A stretch of DNA of 64,000 nt from a virus. A model generated the notes under the pieces. It made no database searches. It saw nothing but the letters and a program-made list of their open reading frames with translations, and was not told the origin of the DNA. The stretch covers positions 43,582 to 107,581 of the IMG/VR virus record IMGVR_UViG_3300045988_115450; one strand, written 5' to 3'. The translations under genes were made by a program, and so were the position numbers. Below, piece after piece: positions 1 to 8,014 of the stretch. Numbering within the stretch: the first letter of the stretch is position 1; every line of letters begins with the position of its first letter.

Positions 1-125
1 TTCTCAAGCCCAGCTCTTGCCAACAATTCGGCTACAGTGGAACCGGACGCACCACAACCGATGATATGTACTCTTTCTTTAACCTTCGTGGGATTAAAGA
101 ACTCAATACTCTTCGATAAATTCAT
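1..125 (-). CDS. ThiF/MoeB-type E1-like adenylyltransferase, N-terminal fragment (gene runs off window start)
   Basis: Reverse-strand ATG at 125-123 preceded by GGAGG. Translation MNLSKSIEFFNPTKVKERVHIIGCGASGSTVAELLARAGLE contains the Rossmann GxGxxG loop (GCGASG) typical of ThiF/E1 enzymes. Confidence 0.6.
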   Translation of the reverse strand, partial: MNLSKSIEFFNPTKVKERVHIIGCGASGSTVAELLARAGLE

Positions 126-137
126 CTTTATACCTCC

Positions 138-416
138 TTATAGCATTAAACAATTCAAAAATACATCACTATCGACTTTACTTTCAATCGGCTCAAACAT
201 CCAAGAAGCCCAAGCAACAAATCTTAATTTGCCTCTTTCTTCAATGCAAATACGTTCAACTTGAATGCCGTTAATCAAGGATGTCAATGAGCGCACTGTT
301 ATGATCTTACCGCAATAGCGCGTTTTATCCCCTTCAAATATCCCGTGATCATTTTTAGAAAGAATCGCCGTTCCACTACCTGTATCTACGGAAAACAGAT
401 CAGGGTCAGACATCAT
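138..416 (-). CDS. NCL(L/M)L-tail small protein paralogue 1. An in-frame TAG at 423-425 separates it from a 16-codon N-terminal piece at 426-473.
   Basis: ORF track 92 aa ending DVFLNCLML. Upstream in the same frame MKLEDMYVGQKVRVRS-TAG resembles the N-termini of paralogues 2-4. Confidence 0.5.
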   Translation of the reverse strand: MMSDPDLFSVDTGSGTAILSKNDHGIFEGDKTRYCGKIITVRSLTSLINGIQVERICIEERGKLRFVAWASWMFEPIESKVDSDVFLNCLML

Positions 417-480
417 GTCTTCCTAACTCCTCACCCTGACCTTCTGCCCAACATACATATCTTCAAGTTTCATACGTCAC

Positions 481-813
481 CTACAACAACAAACAGTTCA
501 TAAAAACCTGCTCATCAATAGATTGCTTTAACCGCAACACACTTTTATAGAAAGACATCTCTTTTTTGCTAACCCTTACCCTGTACCAACCGCCAAGTTC
601 ATACTCAACGATCTCGCCGCCGTCTCTTATAAACTCTCTGAGGCAAGGATCGCCCTCCGCGTACATCACATCGTCGGCGTATATAAATCTTTCGTTTGTG
701 ATGATGTCTACGCTCTGCGACACAGCCCCATTCGGAAATACCGCCCGTAAGTTATCATTAAATTCATCCCACGTTTTTGGAATAAACTCAACCCGCTGCC
801 CAGGTCTAAACAT
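481..813 (-). CDS. NCLLL-tail small protein paralogue 2
   Basis: 110 aa ORF with RBS GAGGTGA before the ATG. N-terminus MFRPGQRVEFIPKTWDEF, C-terminus EQVFMNCLLL, both shared with neighbours. Confidence 0.75.
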   Translation of the reverse strand: MFRPGQRVEFIPKTWDEFNDNLRAVFPNGAVSQSVDIITNERFIYADDVMYAEGDPCLREFIRDGGEIVEYELGGWYRVRVSKKEMSFYKSVLRLKQSIDEQVFMNCLLL

Positions 814-822
814 TATATCACC

Positions 823-1164
823 TCACAATAATAAGCAATTTATGAACAATTTTTCATCAATTGACCTCATGTCTTCTTTCAGACACAACACGCTTTCGTG
901 AAATTTCAGTTTTACTCCATTTATATTCACCATATACCAACCAGTAGCATAGTACTTGATAATCTCACCTCCATTTATTAGAAGCTCGTTAAACCAAGAA
1001 TCGCCTTCCCCATAAAGCACCCCTGCAACCAATATCATTTCTCTATGAGTAGTTGAGAATTCATCTAATATCATATCTCTCGCAAACAACTCCATTAAAG
1101 CATCCCGAAATTCATCCCATGACTTTGGGGCAAGCGTAACTTTCTGTCCAAGTTCAAACATCAT
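823..1164 (-). CDS. NCLLL-tail small protein paralogue 3
   Basis: 113 aa ORF. MMFELGQKVTLAPKSWDEF ... GWYMV ... EKLFINCLLL. RBS AGAGGTAA. Confidence 0.75.
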   Translation of the reverse strand: MMFELGQKVTLAPKSWDEFRDALMELFARDMILDEFSTTHREMILVAGVLYGEGDSWFNELLINGGEIIKYYATGWYMVNINGVKLKFHESVLCLKEDMRSIDEKLFINCLLL

Positions 1165-1171
1165 ATTACCT

Positions 1172-1501
1172 CTATAGCAGCAAACAATTCATAAGTACCT
1201 CTTCGTCAACATATGCTTCTTCCATCGACCGTAGCATCGTCTCATAGAACCACGCTCTTTCTCCGCCAAAGTCTACAATGTACCAACCACACTCGAAGTC
1301 TAATTCAATCACGCCACTCATCCTGCGTAACTTATAAAAATCGGGAGCGCTATATCCTGCTGCACTAGCTGCAAGATACCCAGTGGTATCACAGCTCGTA
1401 AACCTTTTTGCGCTGCGAGGAAGATGCTTTAGGTAAGCGCTGCAAAACTCATCCCAGCTCCTCAATGCTATCCTGACTCGTTGTCCGATCTCGAACATCA
1501 T
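1172..1501 (-). CDS. NCLLL-tail small protein paralogue 4
   Basis: Start moved to MMFEIGQRV (RBS AGAGGAG 6 nt upstream). Ends EEVLMNCLLL. Confidence 0.7.
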   Translation of the reverse strand: MMFEIGQRVRIALRSWDEFCSAYLKHLPRSAKRFTSCDTTGYLAASAAGYSAPDFYKLRRMSGVIELDFECGWYIVDFGGERAWFYETMLRSMEEAYVDEEVLMNCLLL

Positions 1502-1511
1502 ATCAACTCCT

Positions 1512-1856
1512 CTATAACAGCAGGCAATCCATAAGTGTCTTTTCGTCAACACTTTTTTCTTTTAATTGACACGGCGCTGTTTCGCCCGGCCCACCCACCA
1601 AACACTCATCTCTTACTTCGCCAAAGTCAACGCGCCAAATCCAATAGTCATCCGGTTCCAGATAAATTGTCGCTCCGTATTTATCTGGAGCATTAAAATT
1701 GTCACCTTCAATCATTTCGCATCCATCATCGACGCATTCTTGAAACACTGAATGAAACCTACGTTTCACGTGTTCCACCGCACTCTCCAAATTCCAATAA
1801 ACACCGGATAAATCAATACCCTGGTCTGTTTCTGTTATCACACAATATACCTTCAT
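1512..1856 (-). CDS. NCLLL-tail small protein paralogue 5 (divergent N-terminus)
   Basis: Start at MKVYCV with RBS AAAGGAGAAG (an alternative upstream ATG lies at 1961). Ends EKTLMDCLLL. YWIWRVDFGE aligns with GWYIVDFGGE of paralogue 4. Confidence 0.6.
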   Translation of the reverse strand: MKVYCVITETDQGIDLSGVYWNLESAVEHVKRRFHSVFQECVDDGCEMIEGDNFNAPDKYGATIYLEPDDYWIWRVDFGEVRDECLVGGPGETAPCQLKEKSVDEKTLMDCLLL

Positions 1857-2030
1857 ACCGGTCTTCTCCTTTCTTATGTACCTCTGAACAGCTAACCAGC
1901 TGTTTAAGTTCAAAAGTTTTCTGCTCTGGGAGTAGGAAAACTTTTGAAGCGACACAGCCATTTGTTACTCCCTCGTTCCGACAAGAGTGATATGTAATTT
2001 AACATATCTGTACAGGCACATATGTTTTTT

Positions 2031-2717
2031 TTACTTAATTAACATCTTACCGTCACGCCAATCGGGCCGCTCATCAATAATTTTATCTGCGTCCTCCATG
2101 AATTCTTCAAGCTCAACCGCGGCGTTCATAATCCACTCGATGCCATCCTGTACATCACGCACGTCCACCTTCTCAAACCGGTCAATGTTATCGAAAAACC
2201 ATCTGCACAAATCATATACAGCGGGGTTCCATCGTTCCACTGCGAGTTCCACATTGTCGCTTTCGTATAGGATGCCTTCTCTAACATCATAAACCTGTGA
2301 AGATATGTAGCCTTTCTTATTGAAAATCTGAAAGACGTAGAAATCATCAACGTCTGTCAGCAAATCTGCTCTATACTTTATATCCGTAGAAGATGGACTG
2401 ACACCCATGTTCACATGAGAATGCCCGTACAACCGAACCTTATTGAATATCTCCGTGTTAAGAGAATCCTGCCAGTTCACATAGTCCGCATCTTCAGGTT
2501 CGGTGCTTGCCGACGTGACCTTCTGAGGGAATACCAAGACGTCCTCCACGATAAACTCAGCTGGATTTTCCAACCTTCTTACAACTCCGTGCCATCCAAC
2601 CTCCAGATTCCTATTCATAACAAGCAAACACGTCTTCATCCATGCCTTCTTACTGTATACGATTTTGCACGGATTTGTCGCGGCCAACAAATCCGTTGCA
2701 TTAGTTGCCTTATTCAT
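2031..2717 (-). CDS. JAB/MPN (JAMM) metallopeptidase-domain protein
   Basis: 228 aa. Contains EVGWHG ... HSHVNMGVSPSSTD, which fits E-x(n)-HxH-x7-S-xx-D. RBS AAGGAGAA. The start overlaps the upstream stop. Confidence 0.8.
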   Translation of the reverse strand: MNKATNATDLLAATNPCKIVYSKKAWMKTCLLVMNRNLEVGWHGVVRRLENPAEFIVEDVLVFPQKVTSASTEPEDADYVNWQDSLNTEIFNKVRLYGHSHVNMGVSPSSTDIKYRADLLTDVDDFYVFQIFNKKGYISSQVYDVREGILYESDNVELAVERWNPAVYDLCRWFFDNIDRFEKVDVRDVQDGIEWIMNAAVELEEFMEDADKIIDERPDWRDGKMLIK

Positions 2718-4125
2718 TGCTCTTATTCTCCTTTATCCATTTAATTGCGTCGATGTAATTAACTACTCGCCCATCCGGCAACTCCAATACTACAGCGCCT
2801 TTTCTCAACAACTCTTCAAGGAATGATCTCAATACGACAGTATCACTAAGATTCAGATTCCCGCTTTCGGCGCACGTCGTGTCTACCGTATAAACGTAGT
2901 CACATTTGTCGCAAGATTTCTCTAGCGCCTGTTGCCAGCTCCCCATGCAACCATATTTATCAAGGTGTGTGTTGGGGAGATAGCTGTTGTATTCACAGCC
3001 ATACCCATATGCCTTGATGGGTAGTACCATTCCTCCGAAAGAAAGTCTCCATGCGGAACACATTCTTACTTTGATATTAGAGTCAATGAAAATCCCTGTC
3101 ATTAACTTTTTAGTATCACTTTCTGTCAGGCCCACATACGAAGACCGCGTATAAAAAATCGACGACCGATTGTTGATGTACTCTCTCGCAATCTCTGGAT
3201 CAAACAGTGTCATATAACCAGTTACAACATATACGATATTCCCATCTTTGTCACCGCTCTCAACGGACACATTTTTGTTCGACAAAAAATAATCCATTAA
3301 CTCGTTCTTGCTTTCAACATTACTGTTGTCAATTGCTTCCACCAACAAAGACCAACCTTCGTATTCTCTATACCAATCTCTCAAATCGGACATCAATTTA
3401 TTGATCTGACTTCTTGCACTCTCCATCTTCTTTGCGTATCTTTCCCTCTGTACGTTCCTTAGCTTTCCCTCATAGCCATAAAGGTAATATCTCTTTTTAG
3501 CTGAGGCCACGTCCACAGCAGCGGCAACCATATCGTTCATCGCTTTACAGATTACACTCATGCCGGAGTCTTCTTTAGACAGAATCTTAATAAACTTTGA
3601 CTCCGCTTCAGTCCTGTCTTTAATGTACCATGGGCAGAATACATTGAAAAGACACACTAGGTAATGCCACGAGCCATAGTTATCCACGTTGGTAAGGACA
3701 ACCGTACTCTTCCTCTCTTCATTACTGAAAATTCTCAGTATGATACCGAGTCGTTCTTTCATTAGATTCAGCTCTCTTGCCGTCTTCTCTTTCCAACTGC
3801 TCGCACATTTCATATTACTGACTAAAGTTTCTACGGCCTTAACCTTATCACACACGCAAAATGTAATCGTGTTGTCTTGAGAAGTTACCTCCGAAAAACG
3901 CTCTTTGTCTTTTATCCACGTAATCCAATCAGCACAATTAGGATCTACCACTCTAACCATGATACGCACGTCCGCCGGAACTCTTGGCTTCAAAAACAAC
4001 CGAGCCATTGCCAACGCAAAGTCATCGCCTTTGAACGTCCCGTCACCAGCAATATTAGAAAACTCAGACTCCAGCTCTGGGGCCAGCACTAAAACTTCAC
4101 TGCGTTTCAAACAATTTGAAAACAT
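2710..4125 (-). CDS. Large cassette protein, function unknown (C-terminal Cys-rich region with an LPNTHLDKYGC motif)
   Basis: Long ORF. Start set at MFSNCLKR with RBS AAAGGAGAAG. Translationally coupled to the JAB gene. Confidence 0.7.
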   Translation of the reverse strand: MFSNCLKRSEVLVLAPELESEFSNIAGDGTFKGDDFALAMARLFLKPRVPADVRIMVRVVDPNCADWITWIKDKERFSEVTSQDNTITFCVCDKVKAVETLVSNMKCASSWKEKTARELNLMKERLGIILRIFSNEERKSTVVLTNVDNYGSWHYLVCLFNVFCPWYIKDRTEAESKFIKILSKEDSGMSVICKAMNDMVAAAVDVASAKKRYYLYGYEGKLRNVQRERYAKKMESARSQINKLMSDLRDWYREYEGWSLLVEAIDNSNVESKNELMDYFLSNKNVSVESGDKDGNIVYVVTGYMTLFDPEIAREYINNRSSIFYTRSSYVGLTESDTKKLMTGIFIDSNIKVRMCSAWRLSFGGMVLPIKAYGYGCEYNSYLPNTHLDKYGCMGSWQQALEKSCDKCDYVYTVDTTCAESGNLNLSDTVVLRSFLEELLRKGAVVLELPDGRVVNYIDAIKWIKENKSNE

Positions 4126-4207
4126 ATATCTTCTCCTTTCTTTATGAACTCTTGGCAGGCCATCCGACGTAACCGAATGCCCTCCCAGCAACTCACTGTG
4201 TTATGTA

Positions 4208-4232
4208 CGAGGCCGGACAATGTCCGGCCTCG
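4208..4232 (-). promoter_or_regulatory. Strong intercistronic hairpin (11 bp stem, no U tract)
   Basis: CGAGGCCGGAC-aat-GTCCGGCCTCG, lying between the stop of the 79 aa gene and the start of the 471 aa gene. Confidence 0.5.
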
Positions 4233-4251
4233 TAGATTGTGCTAACTCAAA

Positions 4252-4491
4252 TCAGATCGCGTTACCTTGCGCCTTAACAATAGCACTCAGAGTACAAATA
4301 CCAGCGGCACCAAGTTCGGCAAAAGTGCAATCCATATCATCAGGCGTCAGAATCGTGCCGGAAAGAGAATTGACGCTACGGCTGCACTCAATTCCGATCT
4401 TCTCGAACAGAGAACGAGGGGTCTCTACATGTTCATCTACGGCCTGGCTATCAAAACGGCGGGTGGTACTTCTAACATTCACAATAATCAT
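4252..4491 (-). CDS. Small ubiquitin-like (beta-grasp-like) protein candidate
   Basis: 79 aa. The alternating hydrophobic pattern MIIVNVRS...SLFEKIGIE...LSGTIL...FAELGAAGICTLSAIVKAQG-NAI is compatible with a ThiS/MoaD/Ub fold. There is a Gly at residue 76 followed by 3 residues. The gene sits in the cassette with JAB and ThiF. Confidence 0.45.
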   Translation of the reverse strand: MIIVNVRSTTRRFDSQAVDEHVETPRSLFEKIGIECSRSVNSLSGTILTPDDMDCTFAELGAAGICTLSAIVKAQGNAI

Positions 4492-4532
4492 AATATACTT
4501 CCTTTCTGTTATTACATCTATGCTTATTTGTT

Positions 4533-4922
4533 TTAGCCAGCTACTACGATCTTGGAACTGACCCGTGCCATCATAACGTCGATCTCTTCCAGCGCTTCGC
4601 GCACCTGGGCTTCAATCTTTTCTACCTTCTCGATAACAGAAGCATATCTCTCGGCAACAACCTCACGTACGGAACGGTCAGCTTCGGTAATAAGACTCAC
4701 AGTTACGACCGCACGACCAGAGCCATCACAAGACTCAGCCTCATAGATAATACCGGTCGGTGCTACTACGCCTCTCTCGCCAGCGAGAGTGTAAAACAGT
4801 GCGTTGCCATCTTCGTCCAGCAGTTGCACAGACTTAGGCCGGTACAGAGCTGCGCGATTGATTTCTTCAAGAGTGAAAGCACTCTTGAGTGTTACTGCGT
4901 TACCACACACAATAATTTCCAT
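4533..4922 (-). CDS. Cassette protein, unknown function (ends ...VVAG)
   Basis: 129 aa ORF with RBS AAAGGAGAAG. Confidence 0.7.
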   Translation of the reverse strand: MEIIVCGNAVTLKSAFTLEEINRAALYRPKSVQLLDEDGNALFYTLAGERGVVAPTGIIYEAESCDGSGRAVVTVSLITEADRSVREVVAERYASVIEKVEKIEAQVREALEEIDVMMARVSSKIVVAG

Positions 4923-5363
4923 ATTCTTCTCCTTTTCATATGTCTAATTATGTATTATAAAGTGATTCTATATATGGAATGATAGACCTAACCCGTGCGT
5001 TAGTACGCTGACGGGCTTGGTTATCTGAGGTACTGTGTGATCGACGTCGCTCCAACTCCGCATCGCTTTGGCGTTTGATGCCTTACGCTGTAACGGTGGT
5101 AGGCAAGTTGTGCGGCTTTCTTTATATGCTTCGCTTAGTAATCTTAGCCTTCTTGTCGCATCCATGACGCCGAGAGGTTTCTGGTCGAGAGCCATCGAGG
5201 TTGGTGCAACCTTTGCGATGCTTCCCACACCTTCGGACGATATGTTACTCTCCCATTCTGGCAAGAGCCTCTGTGAATTTCAGAGTTTGCAATCACTTTA
5301 TAAATACATTTCTAATACGGTTAAAAAAATCAGATAAAAGAATTATTTGGACTAAATGCTCAC

Positions 5364-6218
5364 TTAGTTTTCCTGCTGTCCACTCCAAACAACCAGACAA
5401 TCAGGATTGGGGACACCTCTGGTTTCCTTACCATCTAGCCATCTAGCCAGTACATAAGAGGTCGTCAAGAACACACGGTGGCGGTAATGCTTGCACCGGC
5501 CATCAATAGCAGAATCCTTAATCCAATCTCTCAAGCGGACAATCTGCCTATCCAAACTAGACTCAGCATAACCAGTCTGAAGAACATTCCAGAAATATTC
5601 GAGCCTAACATCGCTCGCCCCGGCTTCTTTCGCCAGATACATGGCAGCTGTGATCGGAGCCGTGCCAAGCTTTCTCTGTCTCACCTTCAAGAAACTATTA
5701 ACCCAGGAGAATTCAGCGATGTGCTTCGAAATCATGTCCGCTCTCTTAGCTTCATTCTCCAAGTGCCTCGCACTAAATTCATTCAGCACCATGCAGATTG
5801 CAACCGAGCGCTTGTAAGAAGAAATCTTTCCTCTGTTTCCGCCCTCGGCCATACACAAAGCGTCGGCTTCACTTCTCGCCCTACCCCGGTCAATGTACGG
5901 ACTGCGTTCCATATTGAACAGGAAGAACATCTTTACTGTCTTACCGCAGCGCTTCACCGCTTCGAGCCGGTGATGCCCGTCAATAAGAACACCAGCCTTA
6001 TCAAACATAATAAAGCCGGTCGGAGTATTTTCATCCCATGTGCCATTCATCATATGGGACTTGTACTTATTCACAGTGCTCTTACTGATCGGACGATTGC
6101 CGCCGGACATAGCCAACAAACCCGTCGCCATTTCCGGAGACACGTAAGCATACGCCAACTGTCCACCGTTCCGTTCTTCTAGCAACAAGTTGCTCAACAA
6201 TTCTTCATAAGCTGTCAT
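5364..6218 (-). CDS. ParB/Srx N-terminal domain-like protein
   Basis: Start moved to MTAYEELL (RBS AGGAGG) because the ORF-track start overlaps a tRNA. Motifs NRPISKSTVNKYKSHMMNGTW and IDGHHRLEA match the ParB-like nuclease/CTPase fold. Confidence 0.7.
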   Translation of the reverse strand: MTAYEELLSNLLLEERNGGQLAYAYVSPEMATGLLAMSGGNRPISKSTVNKYKSHMMNGTWDENTPTGFIMFDKAGVLIDGHHRLEAVKRCGKTVKMFFLFNMERSPYIDRGRARSEADALCMAEGGNRGKISSYKRSVAICMVLNEFSARHLENEAKRADMISKHIAEFSWVNSFLKVRQRKLGTAPITAAMYLAKEAGASDVRLEYFWNVLQTGYAESSLDRQIVRLRDWIKDSAIDGRCKHYRHRVFLTTSYVLARWLDGKETRGVPNPDCLVVWSGQQEN

Positions 6219-6244
6219 TTGTATGTACCTCCTAAAAATTTTGC

Positions 6245-6321
6245 TGGTGGTTCCTGCCCGGCTCGAACGGGCGACCATCCAGTTATGAGCTGGACGCGCT
6301 AACCAACTGCGCTAAGGAACC
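6245..6321 (-). tRNA. tRNA-Met or Ile2 (anticodon CAU), CCA encoded
   Basis: Manual cloverleaf GGTTCCT/AGGAACC acceptor, loop CTCATAA, T arm GCCCG-TTCGAGC-CGGGC. Confidence 0.85.
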
Positions 6322-6397
6322 AGGTACGTTTAAAGCCGCTGAATTTATCAGCGGCTTTAAACTGTTAATGAAAGCAAGTGTCCGTATAAAACGAACG

Positions 6398-6472
6398 TGG
6401 CAGCGCCGGACTGAGATCGAACAGTCTTCCACGGAGTCAAAGTCCGTTGCATTACCGTTATGCTACGGCGCT
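6398..6472 (-). tRNA. tRNA-Gln (UUG), CCA encoded
   Basis: Acceptor AGCGCCG/CGGCGCT, anticodon arm ACGGA-CTTTGAC-TCCGT. The T loop is slightly irregular. Confidence 0.7.
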
Positions 6473-6583
6473 ATATAAATCAAGCAGAGCAGAGCAGAGT
6501 TTAAAGCCATTCCAGGCTATGTAAAGAAAGGAGGTGGTTTATCAACAATAACAGGTAGGAGAATCATTTTCTGTTGCTTGATA

Positions 6584-6658
6584 TGGGGTAGGCGACGAGT
6601 GCCGATCTCGCGTTTCCGGTTTGGAAGACCGGTGTTCTAGCCGTTGAACTACGCCTAC
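6584..6658 (-). tRNA. tRNA-Gly (UCC), CCA encoded
   Basis: Acceptor GTAGGCG/CGCCTAC, anticodon arm CCGGT-CTTCCAA-ACCGG. Confidence 0.75.
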
Positions 6659-6688
6659 ATTTTTGCGGTTCCGCAAACCGCATTTTTT

Positions 6689-7318
6689 TTAATTCATATA
6701 TAAATCATAATAACTTTGTTTTCTTCTTGGTTTCAAATCTGGATTTTTTAAACGCCTTTTGATGAACTCAACTGTATTATCCAGCCCATAGTTCCTGACG
6801 TATGTATTGATCCTGTTTGCTCCCAAACCTAAAGTTTTAGCCCAGTCCTTCCCAGTATGTATCGTTCCGTCAACATCAATAAGCGAAGTTGTAGACTTGT
6901 ATTTCGAATTATCTGCCAATGTTACCCATCTGCAATTATCAGGAGAATAATCCCCGTCCCAATCAATTCTATCAATAGTCAAACCATCATCGTACCCGTT
7001 AGTTAATGACCAACTCTCAAATAATTCTGGATTGCGCATCCAATCATCACAAACCTTAACACCCTTAGCGCCATACCATCTGTAGCTCTTATTACTCTTA
7101 TCATAGCACCTAGCTTTCATATCGCTAAAAATTCTCCGGAGCTTGTCGTCACTCCATGAAGCATCATAATTTATATAACCCCCGCTTCTTCCGATATGTC
7201 TACAAGCTTTCGCCTGCTCAATATGCCTTTTCTGTTTGTTCGTTTCAAACCCACACTCAGCACATCTCACATGGTATAATCTATGCCCGTCCCTATGCCT
7301 GAAATCACACTCATACAA
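6689..7318 (-). CDS. HNH/homing-endonuclease-like protein inserted in the tRNA array
   Basis: 209 aa. N-terminal CxxC..CRH zinc-like motif. YRWYGAKGVKVCDDW ... LTIDRIDWDGDYSPDNCRWVTLADN resembles the IDRIDNxGxYxxxNCRW signature of phage HNH-type proteins (from memory). Confidence 0.55.
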   Translation of the reverse strand: MYECDFRHRDGHRLYHVRCAECGFETNKQKRHIEQAKACRHIGRSGGYINYDASWSDDKLRRIFSDMKARCYDKSNKSYRWYGAKGVKVCDDWMRNPELFESWSLTNGYDDGLTIDRIDWDGDYSPDNCRWVTLADNSKYKSTTSLIDVDGTIHTGKDWAKTLGLGANRINTYVRNYGLDNTVEFIKRRLKNPDLKPRRKQSYYDLYMN

Positions 7319-7466
7319 GACATCGAAAATACCTATCCTAGTACCAACAATATTCTCTTTTTCCAGAATATCACCATCTTTCTGCGTGTTGCTAAATAAT
7401 AATCCGATGAGAGTGCTGCCCTCTCGCCTGCGTTGTTCACTGTACTACTGTTATACTAATCGGATG

Positions 7467-7547
7467 TACGGGCGACAAGATTTGAACTTGCAAGCCTTAC
7501 GGCACCGGGGCCTAAACCCGGCGTGTATACCGTTCCACCACGCCCGC
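7467..7547 (-). tRNA. tRNA-Leu (UAG), class II, no CCA
   Basis: Anticodon arm CCGGG-TTTAGGC-CCCGG, long variable arm, T arm GCAAG-TTCAAAT-CTTGT. Confidence 0.75.
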
Positions 7548-7629
7548 ATGGCACCACTAAGTCATGGTCGGCTGCGCATTTATCCTTTTTTGAATCGTGG
7601 TAGATGATTTTGCTTCGTACAACCACGCA

Positions 7630-7704
7630 TGGACTGAGTGGAGAATTTTGAAATCTCGACCTCTGGTTCCCAAAACCAGCGTTCTGCCTCTGAACTACAC
7701 CCAG
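7630..7704 (-). tRNA. tRNA-Pro (UGG), CCA encoded
   Basis: C1-G72 acceptor CTGGGTG/CACTCAG, anticodon arm CTGGT-TTTGGGA-ACCAG. Confidence 0.7.
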
Positions 7705-7707
7705 ATA

Positions 7708-7782
7708 TGGAGGCCGATGCGAGTTCGAACTCAGCGTCTGTGGGTTACAAAGCCACTGTTTTACCACTTAAACTAATCGGCC
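7708..7782 (-). tRNA. tRNA-Thr (UGU), CCA encoded
   Basis: Acceptor GGCCGAT/ATCGGCC, loop TTTGTAA, with a 31-39 mismatch. Confidence 0.7.
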
Positions 7783-7932
7783 ACGCACCCCGTTTTGCGG
7801 GGTGGCTATGTAAGGGAATCAAAAAGGGGAACTCCTGTCTCTTCCAGGATGCCAACACACTACTACGGACTGCCAGAGGCAAACCGCCACTTTTCAGGTG
7901 TCATAGTCCGCAAACTATGGGCTTTTCTTTAG

Positions 7933-8014
7933 TGCGGGATAAGAGACTTGAACTCTTACGTCTATCGACATCGAGACTTAAACACGAGGTGTCTACCGAT
8001 TCCACCAATCCCGC
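7933..8014 (-). tRNA. tRNA-Leu (UAA), class II, no CCA
   Basis: Acceptor GCGGGAT/ATCCCGC, loop TTTAAGT, long variable arm, T arm AAGAG-TTCAAGT-CTCTT. Confidence 0.8.

Noticed and set aside
423-425. Genome-wide TAG stop-codon reassignment, as in some gut phages
   Set aside because: TAG terminates three of the neighbouring paralogues. All late genes read through cleanly with the standard code, and none of the ten tRNAs has a CUA, UCA or UUA anticodon.
138-1856. Reading the CLLL tail as a bona fide eukaryotic prenylation (CaaX) signal
   Set aside because: Prenyltransferases acting on CaaX boxes are eukaryotic, and nothing here indicates a eukaryotic host. I kept it only as a formal resemblance; the function of the Cys tail is unknown.
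5478-6182. 234 aa plus-strand ORF
   Set aside because: It is a shadow ORF antisense to the ParB-like gene, which has clear motifs and an RBS.
7783-7806. Hairpin CACCCCG-tttt-GCGGGGTG as a terminator between tRNAs
   Set aside because: No U tract follows it on either strand. It is more likely a processing or structural element of the polycistronic tRNA precursor.
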